A DNA stretch of 64,000 nucleotides, from NCBI GenBank assembly GCA_043813805.1, contig JBDRKR010000010.1, positions 16,696 to 80,695 on the forward strand, written 5' to 3'. The notes beneath the pieces are model-generated. The model made no database searches. It was not told where the DNA came from and was given only the letters and a program-made list of their open reading frames with translations. A program made the position numbers and the translations under genes. Below, piece by piece: positions 54,240 through 62,905 of this stretch. This stretch comes from Candidatus Nealsonbacteria bacterium (lineage in GTDB: Bacteria; Patescibacteriota; Minisyncoccia; Minisyncoccales; MHMH01). The first letter of the stretch is position 1. Each line of letters opens with the position of its first letter.

Positions 54240-55219
54240 TGTCAATAAAAATCGCCATCAACGGTTTCGGAAGAATTGGACGCATTGTCTTCCGCGCCAT
54301 ACTAGACAACCATCCTAATTTGCAGGTTGTGGCGATTAATGATTTGACCGATTCGAAAACCCTCAATCATCTTTTGAGATACGACTCGATTTACGGCAGA
54401 TACGCAAAATCCATAGGATCAGAGGTTAAAATGCTCGCCGAGAAAGATCCGGCTAATCTTCCCTGGAAAAAACTGGGGATTGATGTTGTTTTGGAGTGTT
54501 CGGGCGTTTTTACCGAAATTGATGGAGCTCAAAAGCATTTAACGGCCGGAGCGAAAAAAGTGATTATCTCTGCGCCGTCAAAATCAGACGCGATTCCGAC
54601 ATTTATTTTAGGGGTCAATGAAGAAAAGTACGATTCTAAGAAAGACAATGTTATTTCCATGGCCTCCTGTACCACCAATTGTTTGGCGCCCGTGGCCAAG
54701 GTGTTAAACGACGATTTCGGGATAGTTAAGGGCTTTATGACGACGATCCACTCTTACACCAATGATCAGCGCATTTTAGACTTGCCCCACAAGGATTTAA
54801 GAAGAGCCAGAGCCGCGGCCCTGAACATGATTCCCACTTCAACCGGAGCCGCTAAAGCCATCGGCAATGTCATTCCCGCTCTCAAAGGAAGACTGGACGG
54901 CATTGCTATAAGAGTCCCGACGCCGACCGTTTCTGTGCTTGATTTGATTTGCGAATTAAAAAAGAACGCTTCAATTGACGAAATCAACGCCGCTTTTAAA
55001 AAAGCGGTTAAAACTCCGGAATTAAAAGGAATTCTGGCTGCCGAAGAAGAACCCCTGGTTTCTTCCGACTACCGCGGAAGTACTTTTTCCGCTATTGTCG
55101 ATCTGCCCTTAACTATGGCGAAAGATAATTTAGTGAAGGTTGTCGCCTGGTACGACAACGAATGGGCTTATGCATGCCGCCTGGCCGAATTCGCCGAATA
55201 TATAGGCAAGAATTTATAG
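54239..55219 (+). CDS. gap: Glyceraldehyde-3-phosphate dehydrogenase
   Basis: INGFGRIGR and ASCTTNCLAP motifs. Confidence 0.9.
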   Translation: MSIKIAINGFGRIGRIVFRAILDNHPNLQVVAINDLTDSKTLNHLLRYDSIYGRYAKSIGSEVKMLAEKDPANLPWKKLGIDVVLECSGVFTEIDGAQKHLTAGAKKVIISAPSKSDAIPTFILGVNEEKYDSKKDNVISMASCTTNCLAPVAKVLNDDFGIVKGFMTTIHSYTNDQRILDLPHKDLRRARAAALNMIPTSTGAAKAIGNVIPALKGRLDGIAIRVPTPTVSVLDLICELKKNASIDEINAAFKKAVKTPELKGILAAEEEPLVSSDYRGSTFSAIVDLPLTMAKDNLVKVVAWYDNEWAYACRLAEFAEYIGKNL

Positions 55220-55316
55220 GAGAACACAGAATAATCGCAACCTCAGTTGAATAAAGACAACCCTTAGTCTAGCGCCAAGGGTTTTGTTTTTTTCTTTTTT
55301 CAGATATAATGGACTA

Positions 55317-55964
55317 ATGAAATGCTTGAGTTTCAAAAAAGCGGAAAAACTTCTTTTGAAATATAAAATTCCTTTTTGCCGCACCGCCGTCGCCGCTTCC
55401 CGGGAAGAAGCGGGAGTTTTTGCTAAAAAGTTCGGCTACCCGGTGGTTTTGAAAGTTTTTGCTCCCGAAGTTATGCACAAAACCGATCTGGGATTGGTGG
55501 AGATCGGTATAAGAGGAGAAAAGGAGCTGGAAGCCGTTTGGAATAAGCTTTCCTCTAAAATCAAAAAAAGAAAAATCAAAGAAGCGGAGATTTTGATTCA
55601 AAAACAGCTTTTTGGAACAGAAACGGTGGCCGGTATGAAAAGAGACGGCCAGTTCGGTCCTGTTTTAATGTTCGGTTTGGGGGGCGTCTTGATTGAAGTT
55701 TTAGCGGATGTTTCTTTCAGGATAGCGCCTGTCGGCAGGAAAGAAGCGGGCCAAATGACGGAAGAAATTAAGGGGTATAGAATATTGAAAAGATTCCGAT
55801 CGCAAAAAGCGGTTAATTTAGCGAAACTTGCGGGGATAATCGTCTCTTTGTCCCAACTTGCCTTAAAAGAGAAAAAAATAATCGAAGCTGACCTGAATCC
55901 GATAATTGCCAACGAAAAAGGATCCTGGGTTGCTGACCCGCGCTTTTTAATTCATGACCAATAG
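55317..55964 (+). CDS. ADP-forming acetyl-CoA synthetase beta subunit (ATP-grasp)
   Basis: ATP-grasp_5-like sequence (GYPVVLKV..., E.DLNP). Leaderless TATAAT promoter 6 nt before the ATG at 55317. Confidence 0.7.
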   Translation: MKCLSFKKAEKLLLKYKIPFCRTAVAASREEAGVFAKKFGYPVVLKVFAPEVMHKTDLGLVEIGIRGEKELEAVWNKLSSKIKKRKIKEAEILIQKQLFGTETVAGMKRDGQFGPVLMFGLGGVLIEVLADVSFRIAPVGRKEAGQMTEEIKGYRILKRFRSQKAVNLAKLAGIIVSLSQLALKEKKIIEADLNPIIANEKGSWVADPRFLIHDQ

Positions 55965-57318
55965 AACAAACAAACTGAATAGGATTTTTAATCCTAAAAC
56001 TTTAGCTATCATCGGAGCCAAACCTGAACAAAATAGCGTCGGTTGGGGATTGCTGAAAAATGCTTTAGCGGGCAAGTCATTAAGAAAGGTTTTTGCCGTT
56101 AATCCTTTTCACGAACAAATTTTGGGAGAAAAATGTCTGCCTTCAGTAAAATCGATTAACGAAGAAGTTGATCTGGCGGTGATTGCGGTGCCGGCTGAAA
56201 TCGCGCCCAAGGTCGTGGAAGAATGCTGCCAAAAAAAAGTGGGGGGCATGATTATTATTTCCTCGGGTTTTGGAGAAAGCGGCGAAGAAGGAAAGAAGTT
56301 GGAAGAGCAAATCCGCCTGATGGCTAAAGCATCGGGAATTCCGTTAATCGGGCCTAATTGTCTGGGCATAATCAGGCCCGACATTCTGCTTAATGCCACT
56401 TTTGCTCCGGCTATTCCCAGGGCGGGCGAAATTGCTTTTATCTCCCAATCGGGCGCTTTGGTTGATTCGGTTATCGACGAAAACGTCAGGGAAAACTACG
56501 GTTTTTCCGCACTGGTTTCTTACGGCAACGAAGCCGACGTCACTTTAGCCGACTTTTTAAGATGGGCGGCTGATGATGAAAAAACAAAAGTCATTGCTCT
56601 TTATCTGGAGGGAGTGAAAGAGGGCCGCGAGATTCTGGATGTTTTTTCGGAAGTTGCCCGAAAGAAACCGATTTTTGTCGTTAAAGCCGGCCGAACCAAG
56701 GAGGGAAAAGAGGCCATTGCCAGTCATACCGGAGCTTTAGCAGGCGATTATCAGGTTTATCAGGCCCTATTCAAGCAAACAGGAGTGATTGAAGCGGATA
56801 GCGTCAGGGAGCTTTTTGGTTCAGCTAAAGCCATGGCTTGGCAGCCCAAATGCCAAAACGGCATTGCTATTGTGACAAACGGAGGCAGCTGCGGAGTGTT
56901 GCTCGCAGATTATTGCCAGAGCTTGGGCGTGAAGCTGACAACTCTTTCGGCGCAAACCCTGAAGAAGCTTAATAAGCTCGGCGTTATGCACCCGGCCTAT
57001 TCCAAAAGAAATCCCCTTGATATTATCGGCGATGCTTTAGCAGATAGGTACGGCGCGGCCATGGAAATTCTTTTATCCCAGCCGAATATTTACGGTTTGA
57101 TTGTCGTCCAAACCCTCCAAATTATGACTGAAACGGAAAAAAATGCTAAAATTATCATAGAGGCCAGGAAAAAATGGTTTAAAAAACCTATTTTAACGGC
57201 TTTTCTCGGAGGAAAAATCACGGAGCCCGGCGTCAATTTGCTCGAAAAAAATCACATCCCCAATTACCGCGATTTGAAGGACGCTGCTTTGGCGATGAAA
57301 TCTTTGATTAAAGAATAG
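55954..57318 (+). CDS. ADP-forming acetyl-CoA synthetase alpha subunit (CoA-binding plus CoA-ligase domains)
   Basis: KTLAIIGA...VNP and ISSGF motifs. Overlaps the beta gene. Confidence 0.75.
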   Translation: MTNRTNKLNRIFNPKTLAIIGAKPEQNSVGWGLLKNALAGKSLRKVFAVNPFHEQILGEKCLPSVKSINEEVDLAVIAVPAEIAPKVVEECCQKKVGGMIIISSGFGESGEEGKKLEEQIRLMAKASGIPLIGPNCLGIIRPDILLNATFAPAIPRAGEIAFISQSGALVDSVIDENVRENYGFSALVSYGNEADVTLADFLRWAADDEKTKVIALYLEGVKEGREILDVFSEVARKKPIFVVKAGRTKEGKEAIASHTGALAGDYQVYQALFKQTGVIEADSVRELFGSAKAMAWQPKCQNGIAIVTNGGSCGVLLADYCQSLGVKLTTLSAQTLKKLNKLGVMHPAYSKRNPLDIIGDALADRYGAAMEILLSQPNIYGLIVVQTLQIMTETEKNAKIIIEARKKWFKKPILTAFLGGKITEPGVNLLEKNHIPNYRDLKDAALAMKSLIKE

Positions 57319-57325
57319 TTTTTAT

Positions 57326-57754
57326 ATGGTCAATAAAGGTTTCACCTTAATTGAATTATTGGTGGTTGTGGCGATTATCGGACTCTTATCAACAATTGTT
57401 TGGATTAACACCCATGATGTTCGTTTTAAGGCCCAGGACGCCAACATCCAATCGCTGATGCATCAATTAAGAAATGCAGTCGAATTTGTTTACGCGCAGA
57501 GTGGAGAAAACTACGACCTGGTTTGCGATGAAACAAACAACACGCTGAACAACAACGGTGAAGTGGGCATCTTAGAAAGGGCGATTATGAAAGAAAATGG
57601 CTATGAAAATATAACTTGTTTTGAATCGGCTGACAAAAGAGACTTTGCCGCAGCCTCTGCCTTAAGATCGCAATCGGGAAAATATTGGTGCATTGAATCG
57701 GCCGGGGCTTCTGTGGAAATAAATAATCAAATAACCGCGGCGATTTGCCAGTAA
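57326..57754 (+). CDS. Type IV pilin (class III signal peptide)
   Basis: MVNKGFTLIELLVVVAIIGLL prepilin motif (G/FTLIE) and a C-terminal Cys pair. Confidence 0.85.
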   Translation: MVNKGFTLIELLVVVAIIGLLSTIVWINTHDVRFKAQDANIQSLMHQLRNAVEFVYAQSGENYDLVCDETNNTLNNNGEVGILERAIMKENGYENITCFESADKRDFAAASALRSQSGKYWCIESAGASVEINNQITAAICQ

Positions 57755-57760
57755 ATCAAT

Positions 57761-60082
57761 ATGCAATCAGAAAAATACATTCTTCCGTTTAAAGAAATAC
57801 GCTCTAAGGACGTTCCCTTGGTGGGCGGCAAAAATGCTTCTTTGGGCGAGATGATATCTCAATTGACCCAAAAAAACATAAGCGTACCGGATGGTTTCGC
57901 CCTGACAACTGATGCTTACTGGCGCTATTTGAAGGCCAATAAAATTGACGGAAGGCTTAAAGAAATTTTTGCTGATTTCAATCCTAAAAAAATCGAAAGC
58001 CTCCAAAAAGTCGGTAAGGCTTCGCGCGATCTTATTTTGCGGGGTAAAATGCCCGACGATCTGAAAGAAGAAATAATAAAAGCTTATCAATTATTGGGTC
58101 AGAAATACGGTAAAAATCCGACCGTGGCCGTGCGCACTTCCGGAGTCGCTGAAGATACCGCTACCGCGTCATTCGCAGGGCAGTTTGAGACCTATTTGAA
58201 TGTTTGCGGCGAAAAACAAATCTTTGACGCCGTCAGAAAATCAATTGCCTCGACATTTACCGATCGGGCCATAGCTTACAGGGAAGAAAAAGGATTCTCA
58301 CAGCTGAAACTCGGGCTTTCGGTAGGGGTTCAAAAAATGATCCGATCGGATTTGGCTTCAGCCGGCATCATATTCACCATAGATACTGAATCGGGATTCA
58401 AAGACGTAATCGTTGTAAACTCAATTTTCGGAGTGGGGGAAATGATCGTAAAGGGGAAAGTCACGCCGGACCAATTCACGGTTTTTAAATCAACTTTGGA
58501 CCAAGGTTTTAAACCTATTATTGCGAAAAACCTCGGCCGCAAAGAGAAAAAATATATTTTTGCCCGAGGCGGCGGGTTAAAAGAGGTGCCTGTGAGCAAA
58601 TCCGATCAATTAAAATTTTCTTTAACCGACCAAGAGGTTCTGAAATTGGCCCGCTGGGCGGGCATTATTGAGAAACATTATGGCCGGGAACAGGATATTG
58701 AATGGGCCAAAGACGGCGAATCGGGAGAATTATTCATCGTTCAGGCAAGGCCCGAAACCGTTTACGAAACCCAAACCAAGAAATTATACGAAGAATATGA
58801 GCTAAAAACGGCCAAAGTGCCGATTATCACCGGGATTGCCGTCGGTAATAAAATTGGACAAGGGAAGATCAGGGTCATTGAAAGCATCTCTAAAATCAAA
58901 GAATTCAAACAAGGGGAAATTTTGGTTACCAAAATGACCGATCCGGACTGGGTGCCGATCATGAGGATGGCTTCAGCTATTGTGACCGACGAGGGCTCAA
59001 GAGTGTGCCACGCAGCCATCGTTTCGAGAGAGCTGGGGATTCCCGCCATCGTAGGCACCGATAAAGCCGCCAAGGTGTTAAAAACCGGCGAAGTCGCCAC
59101 TGTTGACTGCAGTTCGGGTACGGGACGTGTATATTTAGGCATTATTCCTTTTGAGATCAAAAAACATAATCTTGAAAACGTTCCTGAAACGAAAACGAAA
59201 ATTATGATGAATATCGGCAGTCCGGAAATCGCTTTTAAAAATTCATTTTTACCCAACAAGGGAGTGGGTTTGGCCAGGGAAGAATTCATTATCGCTTCCA
59301 AAATAAACGCCCACCCGCTGGCTTTAATCAAACAAAAGAAAACTAAATTTTTTGTTGATGAATTGGCCTGCGGCATAGGTCAAATCGCCGCCGCTTTCTG
59401 GCCCAATCCCGTGATTGTCAGATTTTCCGATTTCAAAACCAATGAATACGCAACTTTGCCGGGTGGTCAGGAATTTGAACCGAAAGAATCGAATCCGATG
59501 ATCGGCTGGAGGGGGGCTTCAAGGTATTATGATCCAAAATACAAAAAAGCGTTCATCTTGGAATGCCAAGCTCTTAAAAAAGCGAGAGAGGAATTCGGTT
59601 TAAAAAATATCTGGGCTATGGTGCCGTTTTGCCGCACCGTTGAAGAGGGCCAAAAAACACTGGCTATTATGTCAGAGGCCGGGCTGGCTAAGGGCGAAGA
59701 CGGCCTGAAAGTCATTGTGATGTGCGAAGTTCCGTCTAATGTTATTTTAGTTAAAGAGTTTTTGGAGATTTTTGACGGTATGAGCATCGGGAGCAATGAT
59801 TTGACCCAATTGACGCTGGGGCTTGATCGAGACAATGCTTTAATCGCCGATATCGGCAACGAAAAAAATGAGGCCGTAAAATCCATGATTTCTTCGGTAA
59901 TTCAGGAATGCAAGAAACAGAACAAATATTGCGGCATTTGCGGCCAGGCGCCCTCCGATTTCCCGGACTTTGCCGAATTTTTAGTGGAACAGGGGATTGA
60001 GAGTATTTCTCTAAATCCCGATGTGCTAATAAAAACGACATTAAAAATAGCGGAGGCGGAAAAAAATAAATTACATAATTGA
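57761..60082 (+). CDS. ppsA: Phosphoenolpyruvate synthase (pyruvate, water dikinase)
   Basis: LVGGKNASLGEM, central phospho-His domain (GSRVCHAAIVSRELGIPA) and C-terminal PEP-utilising domain. Confidence 0.9.
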   Translation: MQSEKYILPFKEIRSKDVPLVGGKNASLGEMISQLTQKNISVPDGFALTTDAYWRYLKANKIDGRLKEIFADFNPKKIESLQKVGKASRDLILRGKMPDDLKEEIIKAYQLLGQKYGKNPTVAVRTSGVAEDTATASFAGQFETYLNVCGEKQIFDAVRKSIASTFTDRAIAYREEKGFSQLKLGLSVGVQKMIRSDLASAGIIFTIDTESGFKDVIVVNSIFGVGEMIVKGKVTPDQFTVFKSTLDQGFKPIIAKNLGRKEKKYIFARGGGLKEVPVSKSDQLKFSLTDQEVLKLARWAGIIEKHYGREQDIEWAKDGESGELFIVQARPETVYETQTKKLYEEYELKTAKVPIITGIAVGNKIGQGKIRVIESISKIKEFKQGEILVTKMTDPDWVPIMRMASAIVTDEGSRVCHAAIVSRELGIPAIVGTDKAAKVLKTGEVATVDCSSGTGRVYLGIIPFEIKKHNLENVPETKTKIMMNIGSPEIAFKNSFLPNKGVGLAREEFIIASKINAHPLALIKQKKTKFFVDELACGIGQIAAAFWPNPVIVRFSDFKTNEYATLPGGQEFEPKESNPMIGWRGASRYYDPKYKKAFILECQALKKAREEFGLKNIWAMVPFCRTVEEGQKTLAIMSEAGLAKGEDGLKVIVMCEVPSNVILVKEFLEIFDGMSIGSNDLTQLTLGLDRDNALIADIGNEKNEAVKSMISSVIQECKKQNKYCGICGQAPSDFPDFAEFLVEQGIESISLNPDVLIKTTLKIAEAEKNKLHN

Positions 60083-60114
60083 CCAATTGTTCAATTGGCC
60101 AATTGTCCAATTAT
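60083..60114 (+). promoter_or_regulatory. Operator-like cluster of CAATTG palindromes in the 32-nt ppsA-pfkB spacer
   Basis: CCAATTGTTCAATTGGCCAATTGTCCAATT contains a perfect 16-bp inverted repeat plus one to two more half-sites. Confidence 0.4.
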
Positions 60115-61098
60115 ATGTTCGACATCATCACTTTCGGCTCGGCCACCAGAGATATTTTTTTAAGAACCAAGCATTTTTTAATTGACGATTTTGATGTTCA
60201 AAATCCGGGCAGGGAAATTTGTTTGCCCTTTGGTCTCAAGATTGATATTGATGAAGTGCATTTTCATTCAGGAGGCGGCGGAACGAATACAGCCGTAACT
60301 TTTTCGAACCAGGGCCTTAAAACCGCCTTTTGCGGCATTTTAGGAAAAGACTGCCATGGCGAAGAAATTTTCAGGGACCTGAAAAAAAGAGGAGTCGATT
60401 GTCATTTTATCGTTCGGACAAATGAGAAACCGACCGATTTATCGGTCATTCTTTCCGCCCCTAAGGAAAGAACAATTCTGGTCTATCGCGGCGTTTCCGG
60501 CGAATGGCAAAAAAAAGATATTCCTTGGACAAAAATCAGCCAAGCCCGCTGGTTTTATTTAGCTCCTTTCATTGCGGGCAAGGAAGGGCTGTTTGAAGAA
60601 ATCGTTGATTTCGCCAGAAAGAACAAAATCAGGGTTATGGCCAATCCCAGTTCTTCTTTCGTTAATTTGCCGTTGAAAAAAACAAGAGCGCTGCTTAAAA
60701 AAATAGATATTTTGCTTTTAAATCAGGAAGAGGCGCAAGCTCTGATAAAAAATAGCCGCTTGAGCGGTCAGGAATTGATGTTAACGGTCAAAAAGGAGTT
60801 TCCGGGCATTCTTCTTATCACTAATGGCCACCAAAGAGCCTTTCTGTCTCAAAAAAACAAAATCTATTCAGTTTTGCCTTTTGCCGCCAAAACCGTTGAT
60901 AAAACCGGGGCTGGCGATGCCTTCGGTTCAGGGTTTCTCGCAGGCTATCTCGAAAGCAGGGGAGATATGATTTATTCTACGCAGGCCGCTTTAGCCAATT
61001 CCATCGCCTGTTTTAGCCAATGGGGAGCCAAAGAAGGTTTATTGAAAAAAGGCCAACCTTTTAAAAAAGCAAAAATCACCACACATGAAATCGCTTGA
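60115..61098 (+). CDS. PfkB-family carbohydrate kinase (possible PfkB-type phosphofructokinase)
   Basis: DIITFGSATRD and C-terminal GAGDAF motifs. Positioned between ppsA and fba. Confidence 0.75.
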   Translation: MFDIITFGSATRDIFLRTKHFLIDDFDVQNPGREICLPFGLKIDIDEVHFHSGGGGTNTAVTFSNQGLKTAFCGILGKDCHGEEIFRDLKKRGVDCHFIVRTNEKPTDLSVILSAPKERTILVYRGVSGEWQKKDIPWTKISQARWFYLAPFIAGKEGLFEEIVDFARKNKIRVMANPSSSFVNLPLKKTRALLKKIDILLLNQEEAQALIKNSRLSGQELMLTVKKEFPGILLITNGHQRAFLSQKNKIYSVLPFAAKTVDKTGAGDAFGSGFLAGYLESRGDMIYSTQAALANSIACFSQWGAKEGLLKKGQPFKKAKITTHEIA

Positions 61099-61942
61099 AT
61101 ATTATTTTAATAAAGCCCGGAAAGAGGGATGGGCGATCGGCCAATTCAATTTTTCTGACTTTAAAGTGCTGGAAGCGGTTGTTTTAGCGGCGAAAGAAAT
61201 GCGCGCTCCCGTAATTTTAGGCACATCGGAAGGCGAAAGCAAGTCGCTCGGGCTGAAACAAATCGTGGGCCTCGTCAGGTCTTTCCGGAAAGAAACCGGC
61301 CTGCCCCTATTTTTAAATCTTGACCACGGCAAGTCTTTCGGGTATATTAAAGAGGCTATTGATGCTGGCTATGATACGGTCCATTTTGACGGATCATGCC
61401 TGTCTTTAGTTGAGAATATTAAAATTACAAAGAAAGTAGCAAATTACGCCCGTAAGAAAAATATTCCGGTTGAGGGCGAGGTCGGGTTTATTAAGGGTTC
61501 TTCGAAAATTCTAAAAAAAACGCCCCAAATAAACGAAGAAGATTTAACCGATCCCAAAGAAGCCGAAAAATTTATAAAGGAAACGAAGGTTGACAGATTG
61601 GCGGTAAATATCGGTACATTCCACGGCATGAGGGCCTCGGGCAGAAATCCCCGCATTAATCTCAAAAGATTGAAAGAAATCGAAGAAAGGGTGGGTAAGA
61701 CGCCTCTGGTATTGCACGGCGGGTCAGGAACCCCAAAAGAGGATATTAAAGCATCTCTCCGATTGGGTATTGCTAAAATTAATATCAATACCGAATTAAG
61801 GGTGGTTTTTAACAACGTTTTGAAGGAAGCGCTGAAAAAACCGGAAATTGTTCCGTATAAATACATGCCCGAGGTGGTAGCGGCAGTCCAAAAAGTAGTT
61901 GCGGACAAAATAAGAATTTTCGGTTCAGCGAATAAAATTTAA
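61085..61942 (+). CDS. fba: Class II fructose/ketose-bisphosphate aldolase
   Basis: GWAIGQFN, LDHG and HGGSG motifs. 285 aa. Confidence 0.8.
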   Translation: MKSLEYYFNKARKEGWAIGQFNFSDFKVLEAVVLAAKEMRAPVILGTSEGESKSLGLKQIVGLVRSFRKETGLPLFLNLDHGKSFGYIKEAIDAGYDTVHFDGSCLSLVENIKITKKVANYARKKNIPVEGEVGFIKGSSKILKKTPQINEEDLTDPKEAEKFIKETKVDRLAVNIGTFHGMRASGRNPRINLKRLKEIEERVGKTPLVLHGGSGTPKEDIKASLRLGIAKININTELRVVFNNVLKEALKKPEIVPYKYMPEVVAAVQKVVADKIRIFGSANKI

Positions 61943-61956
61943 TCATTTAAAACAAT

Positions 61957-62166
61957 ATGCCAAAAATAATTTTAGAGGTTCAAAAATGCATCGGTTGCGG
62001 ATCCTGTGAAGCCGTCTGCTCGAAATTCTGGAAGTTGGGCGACGATGGCAAGGCTCAGCTTTTGGGCTCTACATCTAACGGCGATAACTTCGAACTTGAA
62101 GTTAAAAACATCGAATGCAACAGCGAGGCGGCTGAAAATTGTCCGGTCCAGTGTATTAAATTATAA
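61957..62166 (+). CDS. Small 4Fe-4S ferredoxin
   Basis: CIGCGSCEAVC...C(N)...C motif. 69 aa. Confidence 0.65.
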   Translation: MPKIILEVQKCIGCGSCEAVCSKFWKLGDDGKAQLLGSTSNGDNFELEVKNIECNSEAAENCPVQCIKL

Positions 62167-62176
62167 AAATAAGAAT

Positions 62177-62905
62177 ATGTTAACTTTATCTGCAAAAATT
62201 CGTAAAATTCAAGGCAAGAAAGTCAAAACTCTCAGGGAGAAGGGCGTTTTACCCGTTGTTTTATACGGTCCGAAAATTAAAAACGAAAATCTTGAAGTCA
62301 ACTTGAAAGATTTTGAAAAGATTTTAGACGAGGCGGGAGAAAGCACTTTGCTCTCCTTGGAGGTTGAGGGCAAAAAAGAGAAAAACTTGGTCTTGATTCA
62401 CGAAATTAAATTCGATCCCATGAGCTCGAAGCCGACTCACGCCGATTTCTATCAGCCGATCTTGACCGAAGAAATCCAGGTAAAGATACCTTTAATCATC
62501 GAGGGAGAGGCTCCGGCTGTGAAAAATCTGGGAGGCACTTTGGTGAAAAACATTTCCGAAATCGAAGTGAGAGCCCTGCCTCAGCACCTGCCCAAGGAAA
62601 TCAAAGTCAATGTCGGAGGATTGGAAGCTTTTGGAGATAAAGTTTTGATTAAAGATTTGCAATTACCCGAGGGCGTAAAAATCTCAAGAAGCCCCGAAGA
62701 AGTCATCGCCCATGTCGCGCATCCCGAAAAAGTTGAAGAAGAACTGCAGAAACCCATTGAAGAGAAGGTGGAAGATGTTGAAAAGATTGAAAAAGAGAAG
62801 AAGGATAAGGGCGAAGAAGTTAAAGAGCCGGCCGGAGGAGAAAAGGCCAAAAAAGAAGAGGGGAAACCCTCCTCAGCTAAAACTTCGGCGGGCAAGGAAA
62901 AATGA
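62177..62905 (+). CDS. rplY: 50S ribosomal protein L25 (Ctc form) with acidic/lysine-rich tail
   Basis: MLTLSAKIRKIQGKK...GVLPVVLYG N-terminus. Start moved to 62177, downstream of the ferredoxin stop. Confidence 0.8.
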   Translation: MLTLSAKIRKIQGKKVKTLREKGVLPVVLYGPKIKNENLEVNLKDFEKILDEAGESTLLSLEVEGKKEKNLVLIHEIKFDPMSSKPTHADFYQPILTEEIQVKIPLIIEGEAPAVKNLGGTLVKNISEIEVRALPQHLPKEIKVNVGGLEAFGDKVLIKDLQLPEGVKISRSPEEVIAHVAHPEKVEEELQKPIEEKVEDVEKIEKEKKDKGEEVKEPAGGEKAKKEEGKPSSAKTSAGKEK

